From: a bacterium
GTDB taxonomy: Bacteria; SAR324; NAC60-12
DNA: 64,000 nt
Assembly: GCA_965233585.1 (NCBI GenBank)
Contig: CBDDTI010000747.1
Location: forward strand, 160,001 to 224,000
Direction of reading: 5' to 3'
The stretch's first letter is position 1, and every line of letters begins with the position of its first letter. The translations under genes were made by a program, and so were the position numbers. A model generated the notes under the pieces. It was not told where the DNA came from, made no database searches, and was given only the letters and a program-made list of their open reading frames with translations. Shown here piece after piece: positions 19,053 to 29,871 of this stretch.

Positions 19053-20101
19053 GTCCAGTTATTTCTCCTGACGCTCATAATGATACTAATGAAAAAAGGG
19101 ATTCCTACCAGTGAGGTAATGATTCCAATAGGAAAGATGACACCGGGAACAAGCATTTTGCTGACAATGGACGTGACTGACATGATGACAGCCCCTGATG
19201 CCATCGCCGCGGGCAGAAAAAACCGCTGGTCTTCTCCCACTAACATTCTTGCGATGTGCGGACCCACCAAACCTACAAAACCAATCACTCCAATGAATGC
19301 AACGGCAATGGCAGAAAGCAGAGAGACCAGCATCAAAGTTTGCAAACGCAACCTCTCTACTGAAATGCCTAGACTACGTGCTTTGTCATCTCCCAAACGC
19401 AAGGCAGTCATAGACCATGATTGAAACATAAAAAAGGGCAAACTCACTGCCAAAATTCCTGCACAAATCGCAATTTTGTTCCAAGACGACCGACCTAAAC
19501 TTCCCATCATCCAAAAGACAAGTTGTTGTAGCTGTGTCTCATCTGCTGCATATTGCAACATGGCTAACAGGGCATTGAAAGCGAACAACAAGGCAATCCC
19601 AACTAAAATCATGGTCTCCACTGTTACACCCCGCAGTTTTGCCAAAAAATAAAGCACCAGCGAGGCGGCAAAGGCAAAGAAAAACGCATTAGCCGTCACC
19701 AAATACACCCCAACATAAGGGATTCCTTGACCTAGCACGATTCCAAGTGCCGCTCCAAAGCTGGCTGCTGCAGAAATTCCCAACGTAAAAGGGTCTGCCA
19801 ACGGATTGTTTAAAATTGTTTGCATCTGCGCCCCTGACAGTCCAAGCATCACCCCCACCAAAATTGCCATCACTGCAATCGGAAAACGTAAATCCCAGAC
19901 AATGACTTCCATTTGTACAGAAATCGCAGTACGGTCAAGAAGTGTTGCGACTACATCTTTCAAAGGGTAATTTCCGGGGCCCAACGAAACATCAAGCACC
20001 ATAGAAAAAACAGCAATACTGACCAAAATCCCAACAATCAATGTTTTAAGACTGACACTTTTAATGTAGCTTTCTGATGAGGACATGTGATGAGAAGCCA
20101 T
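19049..20101 (-). CDS. FecCD-family ABC permease
   Basis: QTILNNPLADPFTLGIS and IGFVGLVGPHIAR. Confidence 0.92.
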   Translation of the reverse strand: MASHHMSSSESYIKSVSLKTLIVGILVSIAVFSMVLDVSLGPGNYPLKDVVATLLDRTAISVQMEVIVWDLRFPIAVMAILVGVMLGLSGAQMQTILNNPLADPFTLGISAAASFGAALGIVLGQGIPYVGVYLVTANAFFFAFAASLVLYFLAKLRGVTVETMILVGIALLFAFNALLAMLQYAADETQLQQLVFWMMGSLGRSSWNKIAICAGILAVSLPFFMFQSWSMTALRLGDDKARSLGISVERLRLQTLMLVSLLSAIAVAFIGVIGFVGLVGPHIARMLVGEDQRFFLPAAMASGAVIMSVTSIVSKMLVPGVIFPIGIITSLVGIPFFISIIMSVRRNNWT

Positions 20102-20104
20102 AAC

Positions 20105-20458
20105 CTACCCTAAAACTGAATCATTCATAAGCGTCAAATCCTTCAACACAGAGAACAGGGACGCACCTGTGATTAGAATCATGGTGCTAATTCTGAACAC
20201 TGCTATCATGCTTTCACGACCGATTGCACTTTTGAGGGGGATTCTCAATGCCACAATAGCCAAGATGCTGACCCCGATAATGACATAGGCAATCGTTCTA
20301 CTGTCTGCGACCTTCAAACCCAGTCCACCAATCAGTAAACCAATCAACACAGGAATCAAAGCCGTCACTGACCGCCTTTCTGCCCCCAAATAACCCCAGA
20401 CACCCATTGCAACCAACACGGCACTTTGTGCAAAAACTATTTGCGTCGCTGGCATCAT
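20105..20458 (-). CDS. Small 4-TM membrane protein (TMEM14-like)
   Basis: Hydrophobic helices and GVWGY...SVTALIP pattern; co-oriented with the permease. Confidence 0.65.
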   Translation of the reverse strand: MMPATQIVFAQSAVLVAMGVWGYLGAERRSVTALIPVLIGLLIGGLGLKVADSRTIAYVIIGVSILAIVALRIPLKSAIGRESMIAVFRISTMILITGASLFSVLKDLTLMNDSVLG

Positions 20459-20679
20459 TCACTCCTTTTTTAATTTTGTTAAAACCAAAAGACAAAATCA
20501 GTATAAACTTCATTTTTAAATTTGCAACATCTTTTTAAAAAATTAATTTTTTTCAAATTAAATTTTGAGGAGAGGCTTACATCAATTTAGCTTTATCCCT
20601 CTTTTTTTCATCTTGCGTTGTCACAAAATTTTTGCTAACATACAACCTTCTTTTTTAAATTTGGGTCTAAACCCATCAC

Positions 20680-22119
20680 ATGATTAACCCCGCATTCATC
20701 ACAAAACTGAATATGTTAAATCTTAAAACTGCAGAAGACTTGGAACAAGTCATTCAAGAGCGAGAAGTAGAATTGCTGGACTTCCGTTTTCTTGACCTTT
20801 TCAACACGTGGCATCATATCACGGTACCTGCCAAACGCTTCGGTGACTATCTGGAGGGAGTCCCCTTTGATGGCTCAAGCATTCGTGGGTGGAAGTCTAT
20901 TGACATGAGCGATATGAAGTTGCTCCCCGACTTACAAACTGCACGCCTTGACCCGTTTACGGAACACTCTACACTTGTTTTCCTTGGCGACATTGTGGAC
21001 CCCATCACAGAGGAAAGATACAGCCATGACCCCAGAGGTGTTGCCAAAAAGAGCGAAAATTACCTTCGTTCCACAGGCATTGCTGATACGTCTTATTTTG
21101 GACCGGAGGCAGAATTTTTCATCTTTGACCATGTTAGCTACGATAACCAAGTGCATACTGCCTCTTTTAGCATTGACTCAAGTGAGGGACATTGGTCAAG
21201 TAACGAGAGCTATAGCAGCAGTTATAAAATTGCCCCAAAAGGTGGTTATTTTCCTGTTGCTCCTGCAGACTCCAATGCAGACTTGAGGAACGACATGATC
21301 TTAGCTTTGGAATCTATGGGTTTTGAAGTGGAACGTGGACACCATGAAGTCTCCCCTGCTCAACACGAAATCAATTACAGATACAACACCTTGCTTGCCG
21401 CAGGTGATGATTTGCAATGGTTCAAGTACACTTTGAAAAATGTTGCTCAATCGGCAGGCAAACTTCTGACGTTCATGCCCAAGCCTCTCTTTTCTGAAAA
21501 TGGGTCAGGAATGCACTCACATCAGTCCCTTTGGAAAAATGGCAAACCTCTTTTTGCAGGCAATGGCTATGCAGGTTTAAGCGAGCTGGCACTTCATTAC
21601 ATTGGTGGAATTTTAAGGCATGCCCCTGCTTTGGCGGCACTCACCAATCCTTTGACCAATTCTTACAAACGTCTGGTTCCGGGTTTTGAAGCCCCCATCA
21701 ACTTAGCCTATTCTGCACGCAATCGCTCTGCGACCATTCGCATTCCTGTTGCAGACTCACCAAATGCCAAGAGAATTGAATATCGTTGCCCAGACCCAGG
21801 CGCCAATGGCTACCTTGCTTTTTCTGCCATGATGATGGCAGGTCTTGACGGCATCCAAAACAAAATAGACCCAGGTGAGCCGATGGATGTGAACATTTAC
21901 GACCTCCCACCTGAAAAATTGCACACATTAGGCAAGATTCCCCCAACTCTTGATGATGCGCTCAATGCTTTGGAGCAAGACCATGACTTTTTGCTCAAAG
22001 GAGAGGTATTTTCAAAAGAATTGATTGAAACATGGGTCAGTTACAAGCGAGAAAATGAGGCACGTGATGTCTATTCACGCCCTCACCCCCAAGAATTTGC
22101 TTTGTATCTCAACATCTAA
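20680..22119 (+). CDS. glnA: Glutamine synthetase type I (start may be 20713)
   Basis: FDGSSI, GPEAEFF, HHEV, FMPKP..NGSGMH, NSYKRLVPGFEAP, RIEYRCPD. Confidence 0.97.
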   Translation: MINPAFITKLNMLNLKTAEDLEQVIQEREVELLDFRFLDLFNTWHHITVPAKRFGDYLEGVPFDGSSIRGWKSIDMSDMKLLPDLQTARLDPFTEHSTLVFLGDIVDPITEERYSHDPRGVAKKSENYLRSTGIADTSYFGPEAEFFIFDHVSYDNQVHTASFSIDSSEGHWSSNESYSSSYKIAPKGGYFPVAPADSNADLRNDMILALESMGFEVERGHHEVSPAQHEINYRYNTLLAAGDDLQWFKYTLKNVAQSAGKLLTFMPKPLFSENGSGMHSHQSLWKNGKPLFAGNGYAGLSELALHYIGGILRHAPALAALTNPLTNSYKRLVPGFEAPINLAYSARNRSATIRIPVADSPNAKRIEYRCPDPGANGYLAFSAMMMAGLDGIQNKIDPGEPMDVNIYDLPPEKLHTLGKIPPTLDDALNALEQDHDFLLKGEVFSKELIETWVSYKRENEARDVYSRPHPQEFALYLNI

Positions 22120-22141
22120 ATCCTACCTTTTCTAAATAAGG

Positions 22142-22168
22142 ACAACCTGACTTCAGGTTGTTCTTTTC
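22142..22168 (+). terminator. Rho-independent terminator after glnA
   Basis: ACAACCTGA-CT-TCAGGTTGT hairpin followed by TCTTTT. Confidence 0.65.
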
Positions 22169-22175
22169 CCTTCAC

Positions 22176-23423
22176 ATGTCATCATGTCATTCTCAACAAG
22201 CCTTGCTTTCATTGGTAGAAAAAGGCGTCAATATTCCATCAGTTGACCATGTGTTGATTGGTCAGGAGGTCTCATTAGACAAGATTTCAGCAGGTGCAAC
22301 CTTGCACCCGTTTTGCCAAATCAAAGGCTCAACAACAACCATCTATCCCAATGCTCAAATTGGTCAGTGTGGTCCTGCATTCGTAGAACATAGCATCATT
22401 GGCTCCAATGCCATCATCGGTCAAAAAGGAGCAGCCACCATCATCAGTTGCACGGTTGGCAAGTCATCGGTGTTAGGTGCAGGGGTGGCAGAACATGCTG
22501 TTTTTTTAGGAAAAGAAACAACAGACAATGACTTCACAACAGGCGTCGGCTTCCGAGTGCGCAAAGGGTCTTTGTATGAAGAAGATGCTTCTTCTGCACA
22601 ACATACCGATACCAAAATGACCATTCTTTTTCCTTGGGTCACATTAGGGAGCAACATCAATTTTTGTGATGCCTTAGTTGCAGGTGGGGTCAGTCCGAAG
22701 TTGGGAGATTTTAGCGAAGTTGGCAGTGGGTCTATTCATTTCAACTTCACACCCTATGGAGACAAAGCCACAGCTTCGTTGATTGGCAATGTGATTGATG
22801 GTGTGTTTCTTGACCAGAAAAGAATTTTCATAGGAGGCAACAACAGTTTGATTGGTCCGATAGAGTCTGCATTTGGTGCGGTCAGTGCTGCAGGGGCAAG
22901 GGTCTCTCATCTTTTAGAGGAAGGTTTGAATTTTGGGCGGGCATTACATGGTAAAAAAGCGAGACCTTTTCAAAACAAACCAAGAAGTGTCTCAGCCATT
23001 TTGAAAAAACAAATGCGATACATTTCCGAATTATCTGCTTTGCTATTCTGGTATGACATGGTGCGAGCAACGATTGCAACAAGTCAAGAACAAACAGAAC
23101 TTTATCGTCAAGGAAGGCAGGTTGTTTTTGACAACCTGAAAGAACGAACCACACAAGTCAAGTTGTTTGTGCAGAACAACTCTGACCAAAATGACCATGT
23201 CATCTTGAGTCAATTAGACACATGGCTAGCACACTTGCCCCAGACTATCTCTCAACATCAGCCTGCCGATTGGGTCTTTGAATCAATTCAACAAACTGCT
23301 CAAGAACACGAAGCCGTTTACACCAAAACTATTCAAAACTTAGACAATTCTGTGAAGCAATACTTGCATCAAAGTTTAGAAAAGATTGTTTCATGTTTTC
23401 ACCAACAATGTCCTATTTCTTGA
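22176..23423 (+). CDS. GlmU-related left-handed beta-helix protein
   Basis: Hexapeptide-like N-terminus, TILFPWVTLGSNINFCD, HFNFTPYGDKATASLIG. No GlmU pyrophosphorylase domain seen. Confidence 0.65.
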   Translation: MSSCHSQQALLSLVEKGVNIPSVDHVLIGQEVSLDKISAGATLHPFCQIKGSTTTIYPNAQIGQCGPAFVEHSIIGSNAIIGQKGAATIISCTVGKSSVLGAGVAEHAVFLGKETTDNDFTTGVGFRVRKGSLYEEDASSAQHTDTKMTILFPWVTLGSNINFCDALVAGGVSPKLGDFSEVGSGSIHFNFTPYGDKATASLIGNVIDGVFLDQKRIFIGGNNSLIGPIESAFGAVSAAGARVSHLLEEGLNFGRALHGKKARPFQNKPRSVSAILKKQMRYISELSALLFWYDMVRATIATSQEQTELYRQGRQVVFDNLKERTTQVKLFVQNNSDQNDHVILSQLDTWLAHLPQTISQHQPADWVFESIQQTAQEHEAVYTKTIQNLDNSVKQYLHQSLEKIVSCFHQQCPIS

Positions 23424-24168
23424 CTTGAAGGACAACAAACATAGAAGAGCCAAATGGTATAGGTAGTTTAAAAAAAACTTCAAATTGAGTGAGAAAAAAG
23501 AGAATATGATTAATCAGTATTGGAGGTAAATTAACGTCAGAAGTCACATTATAAGTTCCTGTTTTCTTTTTTTGCCTTTGAATCCATCTTGACAAATAAA
23601 TCAGTGGAGAAAGAAACAAAGGCCAGTACGTAATTTGTTTCAATTTAAACAATTTCTCATCAATCAACAAATCTAAATCTTCCTTTGTAAATCGTTTTCT
23701 AATTCCTACTGCCTCATCATGGATTCCAGAAAATGCTTGAAGTGCTGGTAAATTTAAAATAATCAACCCATTTTTATTCAATTTTTGATGGAAATGATTA
23801 AGAGTTTGTTTTTGTTCTTCAAAGGAAAAATAGTAAAAAGTATCATTGCTTATGATGAGGTCAAAGACATCTTTCTGACTGATAGGGTCAATTAAATTAT
23901 GTTGAAATAAACTGATGCCTGTATCTTTAAGTCTTTTGTTAGCAAAATCTATTGCATGTTGAGATAAATCAAACCCTGTTAAATTCGTAAACCCTTTTTT
24001 GTATAAATATGCTAACAATCCTCCTGTGCCACATCCTGCATCTAAAATCTTAATGTTTTTATCAAGATTTTTAATATTTGAATAAACTAAAAAATGAAGA
24101 ATTTTGTACCACCAAAGGTGTTCTTCTACCTCATTCATTTTTAGATATTCTTCTGGTCTATCTAACAA
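23413..24168 (-). CDS. Class I SAM-dependent methyltransferase
   Basis: EEHLWWY, ILDAGCGTGG, SGIHDEAVG. Confidence 0.88.
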   Translation of the reverse strand: MLDRPEEYLKMNEVEEHLWWYKILHFLVYSNIKNLDKNIKILDAGCGTGGLLAYLYKKGFTNLTGFDLSQHAIDFANKRLKDTGISLFQHNLIDPISQKDVFDLIISNDTFYYFSFEEQKQTLNHFHQKLNKNGLIILNLPALQAFSGIHDEAVGIRKRFTKEDLDLLIDEKLFKLKQITYWPLFLSPLIYLSRWIQRQKKKTGTYNVTSDVNLPPILINHILFFLTQFEVFFKLPIPFGSSMFVVLQVKK

Positions 24169-25076
24169 TTTAGACTCCTTTTGACTGTGTATTGTGGTGT
24201 TCCATTAGCATGCAAATAATTTTTCCCTATAAATTCTCCTAGTAATCCTAAAAAAATCATTTGAACCCCTGATACAAACAAAAAAACTATCATAAGAGAT
24301 GCCCACCCTAAAGGGATTTCAGGATAGAATATTTTTTCAAAGATCACATAAATTAGACTTATAAAACTCATCATAGATAGTATTAATCCTATAAAAGTCA
24401 AAAACCTCAATGGTTTAATAGAAAAATTGATAAACATATCTAACCATAAACTAACTAATTTTTTAAAAGTATAATTAGATTGACCTTCTTTTCTATGATG
24501 ATGTTCTACATTGATAGAAGAGATATTTTGAGTTGTTCTTAAAATCAAACCGTCTATGTATGTAAATGGTCCACGATATTTTATAATTTCTCTGACAATC
24601 TCTTGATGAATGGCTTTAAAGCTAGATAAGTATAACCCTTTAGGTTTTTCTATAATCCAAGAAGCCATGACATCGTTAAAATGACTTCCTAAATTTCTAA
24701 GAAACGAATGTTTTTTGATGTGATATTTCACATAAACCACATCAAATCCTTGCTGTATGTGTTCTATTAATTGAATGACTTCTTTGGGTTGGTTTTGGAA
24801 GTCATCATCCATGATGACAATGTAGTCCCCATTTGCATAGTTTAAAGCACAGATGACCGCATTATGTTCTCCTACGTTTTTTCTGAGTGAGATGAATTTG
24901 ACGTTGTCGTTTTTCTCACAAATTTTTTGGCAAACTTCTTCACTATGATCAAAACTACAATCATTGACTAAGACAATTTCAATTTGATAGTTTTTTAATG
25001 TTTGAAAAATTTCTTTTACTAAATTTGCAATAGTTAGCTCCGCATTATAAACAGGGATACATATAGAGATGAGCAT
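24162..25076 (-). CDS. GT2 polyprenol-phosphate glycosyltransferase (ArnC/GtrB-like)
   Basis: IPVYN, VNDCS, MDDDFQN and two C-terminal TM helices. Confidence 0.9.
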   Translation of the reverse strand: MLISICIPVYNAELTIANLVKEIFQTLKNYQIEIVLVNDCSFDHSEEVCQKICEKNDNVKFISLRKNVGEHNAVICALNYANGDYIVIMDDDFQNQPKEVIQLIEHIQQGFDVVYVKYHIKKHSFLRNLGSHFNDVMASWIIEKPKGLYLSSFKAIHQEIVREIIKYRGPFTYIDGLILRTTQNISSINVEHHHRKEGQSNYTFKKLVSLWLDMFINFSIKPLRFLTFIGLILSMMSFISLIYVIFEKIFYPEIPLGWASLMIVFLFVSGVQMIFLGLLGEFIGKNYLHANGTPQYTVKRSLNC

Positions 25077-25079
25077 GTT

Positions 25080-26177
25080 TTAAAAATGATTAATGACTTC
25101 AATAATTCTGTCAGTTTCTTCTTTTGTCTGCACAGGACTGATAGGAAGGCTGACTATGTTTTTATGCAAACTTTCTGTCATTGGATAATGGTGTTGATTC
25201 CATTCTTGGTAGGCTTGTTGTTGATGAGGAGGTTTTGGGTAGTGAATTAATGTTTGAATGTTCTGACTGGCAAGATAGTCTTGAAACATTTCTCTGTTTT
25301 GAACTCTTACCACAAATAAATGCCAGACATGACCTGCTGAATGTAAAACAGTAGGAAGCATCATTTTAGGATTTTTAATTTGTGTTAAATAAGCATTGGC
25401 TATTTGACGTCTTTGATCAATTTCTTGGTCTAAATACTTCAGTTTGACTCTTAAAAAAGCAGCCTGAATTTCATCAAGCCTGCTATTAATCCCTTTGTAT
25501 GAATGTATATATTTTTCTCTGCTTCCGTAGTTCTGTAAATGTCTGATGACATCTGCTAGTTTTTGGTCGTTAGTTGTAATCGCACCTCCATCACCTAATG
25601 CCCCCAGATTTTTGGTAGGATAAAAGCTAAAGCCGCTGGCGTCTCCCAAACTTCCAGTTTTTTGATTTTTAAAAAAAGCACCGTGTGCCTGAGCAGAGTC
25701 TTCTATGATTTTTAAATGATATTTTTTAGCAATCATATCAATTTGATCCATCTCACAAACTTGACCATAGAGATGTACCACCATAATCGCTTTAGTTTTT
25801 GATGAAATCTTCTCTTCTATTTGGTCAGGGTCAATTAAATATGTATGCTCTTTAGGTTCTATTAAAACAGGAGTTAACTTATTTTCAGAAATAGACAGAA
25901 GAGAGGCAATGTAAGTATTGGCAGGTGCGATAACTTCGTCTCCATCTTTCAAAATTTCTAATTCTTTATATGCCTTTAAAATTAAAATTAAGGCATCAAG
26001 ACCATTACCAACTCCTATACAATATTTAGTTCCACAATATTTAGCAAATTCTTGTTCAAATTCTTGACATTCCTTGCCTTGAATATACCAACCTCTGTCT
26101 ATTATTTTTTTAAAAGACTCTATCAGTTCATCTCTATAAGTCGCATTAACCTTTTGTATATCTAAAAAAGAAATCAC
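25080..26177 (-). CDS. fdtB: DegT/DnrJ aminotransferase (dTDP-3-amino-3,6-dideoxyhexose transaminase, FdtB-like)
   Basis: [44 protein letters not shown] start at 26177. Confidence 0.85.
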   Translation of the reverse strand: MISFLDIQKVNATYRDELIESFKKIIDRGWYIQGKECQEFEQEFAKYCGTKYCIGVGNGLDALILILKAYKELEILKDGDEVIAPANTYIASLLSISENKLTPVLIEPKEHTYLIDPDQIEEKISSKTKAIMVVHLYGQVCEMDQIDMIAKKYHLKIIEDSAQAHGAFFKNQKTGSLGDASGFSFYPTKNLGALGDGGAITTNDQKLADVIRHLQNYGSREKYIHSYKGINSRLDEIQAAFLRVKLKYLDQEIDQRRQIANAYLTQIKNPKMMLPTVLHSAGHVWHLFVVRVQNREMFQDYLASQNIQTLIHYPKPPHQQQAYQEWNQHHYPMTESLHKNIVSLPISPVQTKEETDRIIEVINHF

Positions 26178-26187
26178 TGTCTTTTGC

Positions 26188-26592
26188 TCACTTTGGATTG
26201 TTAACAATTTCTTTGAAGTGATTATAATCTCTGATGTAGTCATCTTCATCATAATCACTATCTGCTAACACAAGCAAGACGCAGTCTTGACTAAAATCAT
26301 ACATAGTTCCCCAGGTCAATGCTTTTTGAAACAACCCGAGGTAGGGTTGATTGAGCCAAAAGGTTTGCTTCTCTTGACCATTATCCAGATCAACTTTGCA
26401 ATGTCCATGAACAGCGACTAAAAATTGATTTGTCTTATAGTGGGCATGACTTCCCCTGATACAAGTTTCATTAGTGTTATAAATATAAAAAATTCTTTGT
26501 ATTTTAAAAGGAATTTCTCCACTTTCTTCTAACGTAACTAAAGCACCTCTTGTGTCTGAGTGGAAGTTCAATTCTACTAAATCAGTGATCAT
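26188..26592 (-). CDS. fdtA: Sugar 3,4-ketoisomerase, FdtA/QdtA cupin
   Basis: [31 protein letters not shown]. Confidence 0.88.
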   Translation of the reverse strand: MITDLVELNFHSDTRGALVTLEESGEIPFKIQRIFYIYNTNETCIRGSHAHYKTNQFLVAVHGHCKVDLDNGQEKQTFWLNQPYLGLFQKALTWGTMYDFSQDCVLLVLADSDYDEDDYIRDYNHFKEIVNNPK

Positions 26593-27054
26593 TGATAGTT
26601 CAGGGATTTTTTAAATTCAAAAATTTTTTAAAATTTCAAAGTGTTCGTTACCCCATACAAGTTGATACCCTCTTTGAGAAACAATTTGATCTATTCTACC
26701 ATTTTTTAAAGAATCTATTTTGTTGTATCCCCATTTAGCACGACTCATGCTGACTTAATCTTCTGATAATTAAACTAAAATTTTATTTAAAATTAAGTGA
26801 GATTCACAGCGAGGAAGGGGAAAGGTCAAGGACAGATTAAAGATGGGACGAACTGCCTCTATCAAATAATAGCATAGAGATATTGAACCATACACAAAAG
26901 CAGTTGGATTCTTCAAAGAAAGCTCTTTAGCTTCTAGTTAACAGTTCGTTAGTACTTTGGGCTTTTTCTGCTGTTGTATAAATTAGATCAAATTTTTTAA
27001 ATTTAAACGATTCTATGAGAATAAAACGATGAGGGTGATAAGGTCTTTCTGAGT

Positions 27055-28524
27055 TTAAGAAGAACGTTCGTCATTGTCTCTATATCGTTCTATGTCATCT
27101 TCGCCAAAGTAATTGCCCGTTTGGACTTCTTCAATAAAGGTCGTGGTTTTATCAGAGGAACGTCCGTAGTCATCTTCATATCGTTCTATGTCATCTTCGC
27201 CAAAGTAATTGCCCGTTTGGACTTCAATAAAAGTCATGTTTTTATCAGAATAGTTAGCGATGCGATGTTTAGACCCTCTGGGAATGTCTATGGCTTGCCC
27301 CGCAGACAGCTGATGCTCCTCATCATCAAGTGTGACCACTGCTTGACCTGAGACAATGAACCAATGTTCTGCACGTTTTTGATGGCTTTGGTAGCTCAAT
27401 CGTTTATCAGGATACACCACAATTTTTTTGACTTTGTGGTCTTCTTCATCACTCAATACCTCATAAAATCCCCAAGGTCTTTGTGATGGGTCATGTTTGA
27501 GTGATTCTTCAACTTGCTTGGCAACTTCACGTATGGCTTGCGGTTGATTGATGTCTGCTACAAGCAACGCCTCTTTGCAATCCACAATCACCAAATCTTT
27601 CACTCCAACACAGGCTACCTGTTTTTGAGTGGAAACGACACAGTTGTTGAATGCGTCTTTTGTAGCGACTTGTCCATAACAAACATTACCATCAGAGTCT
27701 TTTTCTGAAGTGTGATAAATACTTGACCATGTTCCTAAATCTTCCCAGTTAAATTTTCCTATCACAGTTGCCATATTGTCCGATTTTTCACAAATTGCGT
27801 AATCTAATGAAATGGATTTAACTGCTTGATATGCTAACTGACGTGCTGATTCGTCTTGGTCAATCGCATTTTGCAGCGTTTGAAACATTTCAGGTTCATA
27901 AAGTTCAAAAGCATGCCTGAAAGAAGAAACTTTTGCAATAAAAATCCCAACATTCCAAAGATATTTTTCAGATTCCAGATACTTTTTTGCCGTGTCATAG
28001 TCAGGCTTTTCAACAAATTTTTTGACTAAAAAGCCCTCGTCAAGAGCTTGACCTATCTGAATATACCCATACCCTGTTGCAGGATAGGCAGGTTTTAGCC
28101 CAATCGTAACAAGATGTCCTTTCTGGGCAAGTTGATAGGCTTGTTGAAGTGCAAGGGTGAATGAATCTAACGGCTGGATAAGGTGGTCTGCTGATGCGAC
28201 AACAACGATTTCGTCTTTCGGCATCTGCAACAAAAATTGAAGAGTTGCTGCTGCTGTGTTTTTTCTAGCAGGTTCTGTGATGATTTGGGAAAACGAGGCA
28301 TTTGGAAGTACCTCCTGCATTTGTTGGTGTAATTGCTGTTGGTGGCCTTTTAATCCTCCAACATAAATGTCTCTTTCTGCAAACTGATGTCTCAACCTCA
28401 AACATGTCTCTTGCAGCAAAGAAAATTGGGATAATCCTAAGTTCAGGAATTGCTTGGGAGACTGGTCTTGGCTCAATGGCCAAAGACGACTTCCTTGACC
28501 TCCAGCTAAAATGAAAGCTTTCAT
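27055..28524 (-). CDS. manC: Mannose-1-phosphate guanylyltransferase / mannose-6-phosphate isomerase
   Basis: ILAGGQGSRLWPLS, EPARKNTA, FVEKP, RPWG, SYQSHQKRAEHW. C-terminal 32 aa duplicated. Confidence 0.93.
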   Translation of the reverse strand: MKAFILAGGQGSRLWPLSQDQSPKQFLNLGLSQFSLLQETCLRLRHQFAERDIYVGGLKGHQQQLHQQMQEVLPNASFSQIITEPARKNTAAATLQFLLQMPKDEIVVVASADHLIQPLDSFTLALQQAYQLAQKGHLVTIGLKPAYPATGYGYIQIGQALDEGFLVKKFVEKPDYDTAKKYLESEKYLWNVGIFIAKVSSFRHAFELYEPEMFQTLQNAIDQDESARQLAYQAVKSISLDYAICEKSDNMATVIGKFNWEDLGTWSSIYHTSEKDSDGNVCYGQVATKDAFNNCVVSTQKQVACVGVKDLVIVDCKEALLVADINQPQAIREVAKQVEESLKHDPSQRPWGFYEVLSDEEDHKVKKIVVYPDKRLSYQSHQKRAEHWFIVSGQAVVTLDDEEHQLSAGQAIDIPRGSKHRIANYSDKNMTFIEVQTGNYFGEDDIERYEDDYGRSSDKTTTFIEEVQTGNYFGEDDIERYRDNDERSS

Positions 28525-28552
28525 AAAGGACTTTGGAATTTAGAAAGGAAGG

Positions 28553-28625
28553 TGGCCAGAGCTGGAATCGAACCAGCGACACAGGGATTTTCAGTCCCTT
28601 GCTCTACCGACTGAGCTATCTGGCC
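28553..28625 (-). tRNA. tRNA-Phe(GAA)
   Basis: GGCCAGA...CTGAAAA...TTCGATT...TCTGGCCA cloverleaf. Followed by CCT, so CCA is not fully encoded. Confidence 0.95.
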
Positions 28626-28709
28626 AAGCTCGTAATATTAGCAGATGGTTGCTAAAAAAGGAATCTTAATTTTTTGAAAAATCAAAATTCCTTAAAAAAA
28701 GAGTAGAAA

Positions 28710-29090
28710 TTACTTAACTTCCACAGAAGCACCAGCCTCTTCCAGTTGTTTTTTGACAGCTTCTGCTTCTTCTTTAGAGACCCCTTCTTTGATTGCTTTA
28801 GGGACACTTGTTGTGAACTCTTTTGCTTCTTTCAATCCTAGACCTGTGATGGAGCGAACCACTTTGATCACCTCAATCTTCTTGTCTCCAACAGCAGTCA
28901 AGACAGCATCAAATTCTGTTTTTTCTGCAGGTGCTTCTGCCCCTCCGCCTGCTGCTGCAGCTGGAGCAGCAGCCACGGCCGCTGCGGCACTGACTTGAAA
29001 CTTATCTTCTAACTCTTTGACCATTTCAGATAACTCTAAAACAGACATATTAGAGATAAATTCAATCACTTCGTCTTTACTAATCGCCAT
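28710..29090 (-). CDS. rplL: 50S ribosomal protein L7/L12
   Basis: [32 protein letters not shown] before ATG 29090. Confidence 0.97.
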   Translation of the reverse strand: MAISKDEVIEFISNMSVLELSEMVKELEDKFQVSAAAAVAAAPAAAAGGGAEAPAEKTEFDAVLTAVGDKKIEVIKVVRSITGLGLKEAKEFTTSVPKAIKEGVSKEEAEAVKKQLEEAGASVEVK

Positions 29091-29133
29091 ATTTTTCTCC
29101 TTTAAAAATAAATAAATAAATGAACAGTCATGG

Positions 29134-29655
29134 TTATCTTTGACTGATCGCACTTAACACTCTGACAAAACTTGCAGGAACTTCATTGAGCGTTCTCACA
29201 AATTGAGTGATTGGTGCATTGAAAATGAATAACAGTTTAACAATCAATTCCTCTTTAGGAGGAAGTTTTGACAATGCTTCAACTTGCTCTGGAGTCAGGA
29301 CATCGGTGCGGTCTCCTGTCACAAGTAATCCTCCATGAATGGAAAACTCTTTTTGTTCCTTAGCAAATTGGGTTAATATCTTCGCCTGTGTGACAGGGTC
29401 AGAAGAATGAAAGACTAACGTCTTGGTTTGTTCAAATTGATTGGCAATGGATTCAAAAGGGGTTTCCTTTGCCGCAATACGTGCCAATGTGTTTTTAATC
29501 ACTTTCATTTGAGAACCTGATTGATGTAACTCTCTGCGAAGTGCCACCACTGCTGAGGATTCTATCCCGCACGTGTCAACCAAAACTGCTGCAGAACTCT
29601 GACTAAAAAGTTCTTTTAATTCTGCAACTACCTTTTCTTTTTTTTCTCTATCCAT
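29134..29655 (-). CDS. rplJ: 50S ribosomal protein L10
   Basis: [22 protein letters not shown]; gene position. Confidence 0.95.
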   Translation of the reverse strand: MDREKKEKVVAELKELFSQSSAAVLVDTCGIESSAVVALRRELHQSGSQMKVIKNTLARIAAKETPFESIANQFEQTKTLVFHSSDPVTQAKILTQFAKEQKEFSIHGGLLVTGDRTDVLTPEQVEALSKLPPKEELIVKLLFIFNAPITQFVRTLNEVPASFVRVLSAISQR

Positions 29656-29794
29656 AATTCACAAGTAAGTAAAAATGGTGTATCAACTGAAATTTAAAAA
29701 ATGATGAATAAACATGAATGAAAACAGCCAAACGTATTGAATTTGAACCATTTTGAAAAAGCGGTGAAGAAGAGAAGGAACAAAGGAAGAAATT

Positions 29795-29852
29795 CTTTTG
29801 TCTCGGCTGGGAATTTTAAACCTGCTTCGGTCCCTGCTGTCTTCAACAACTT
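29795..29852 (-). promoter_or_regulatory. Ribosomal L10 leader RNA
   Basis: Minus strand GAAGACAGCAGGG...TAAAATTCCCAGCCGAGAC between rplA and rplJ fits the L10-leader pattern. Confidence 0.75.
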
Positions 29853-29871
29853 TAACGATTAACGAAAAGGA

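Noticed and set aside
20615..20640. Sigma54 promoter for glnA (TGTCAC...TTGCT)
   Set aside because: Lacks the invariant GG at -24, and spacing to GC is off.
28500..28625. tRNA-Phe-anchored integrative island
   Set aside because: No duplicate of the tRNA 3' end and no integrase found in the window.
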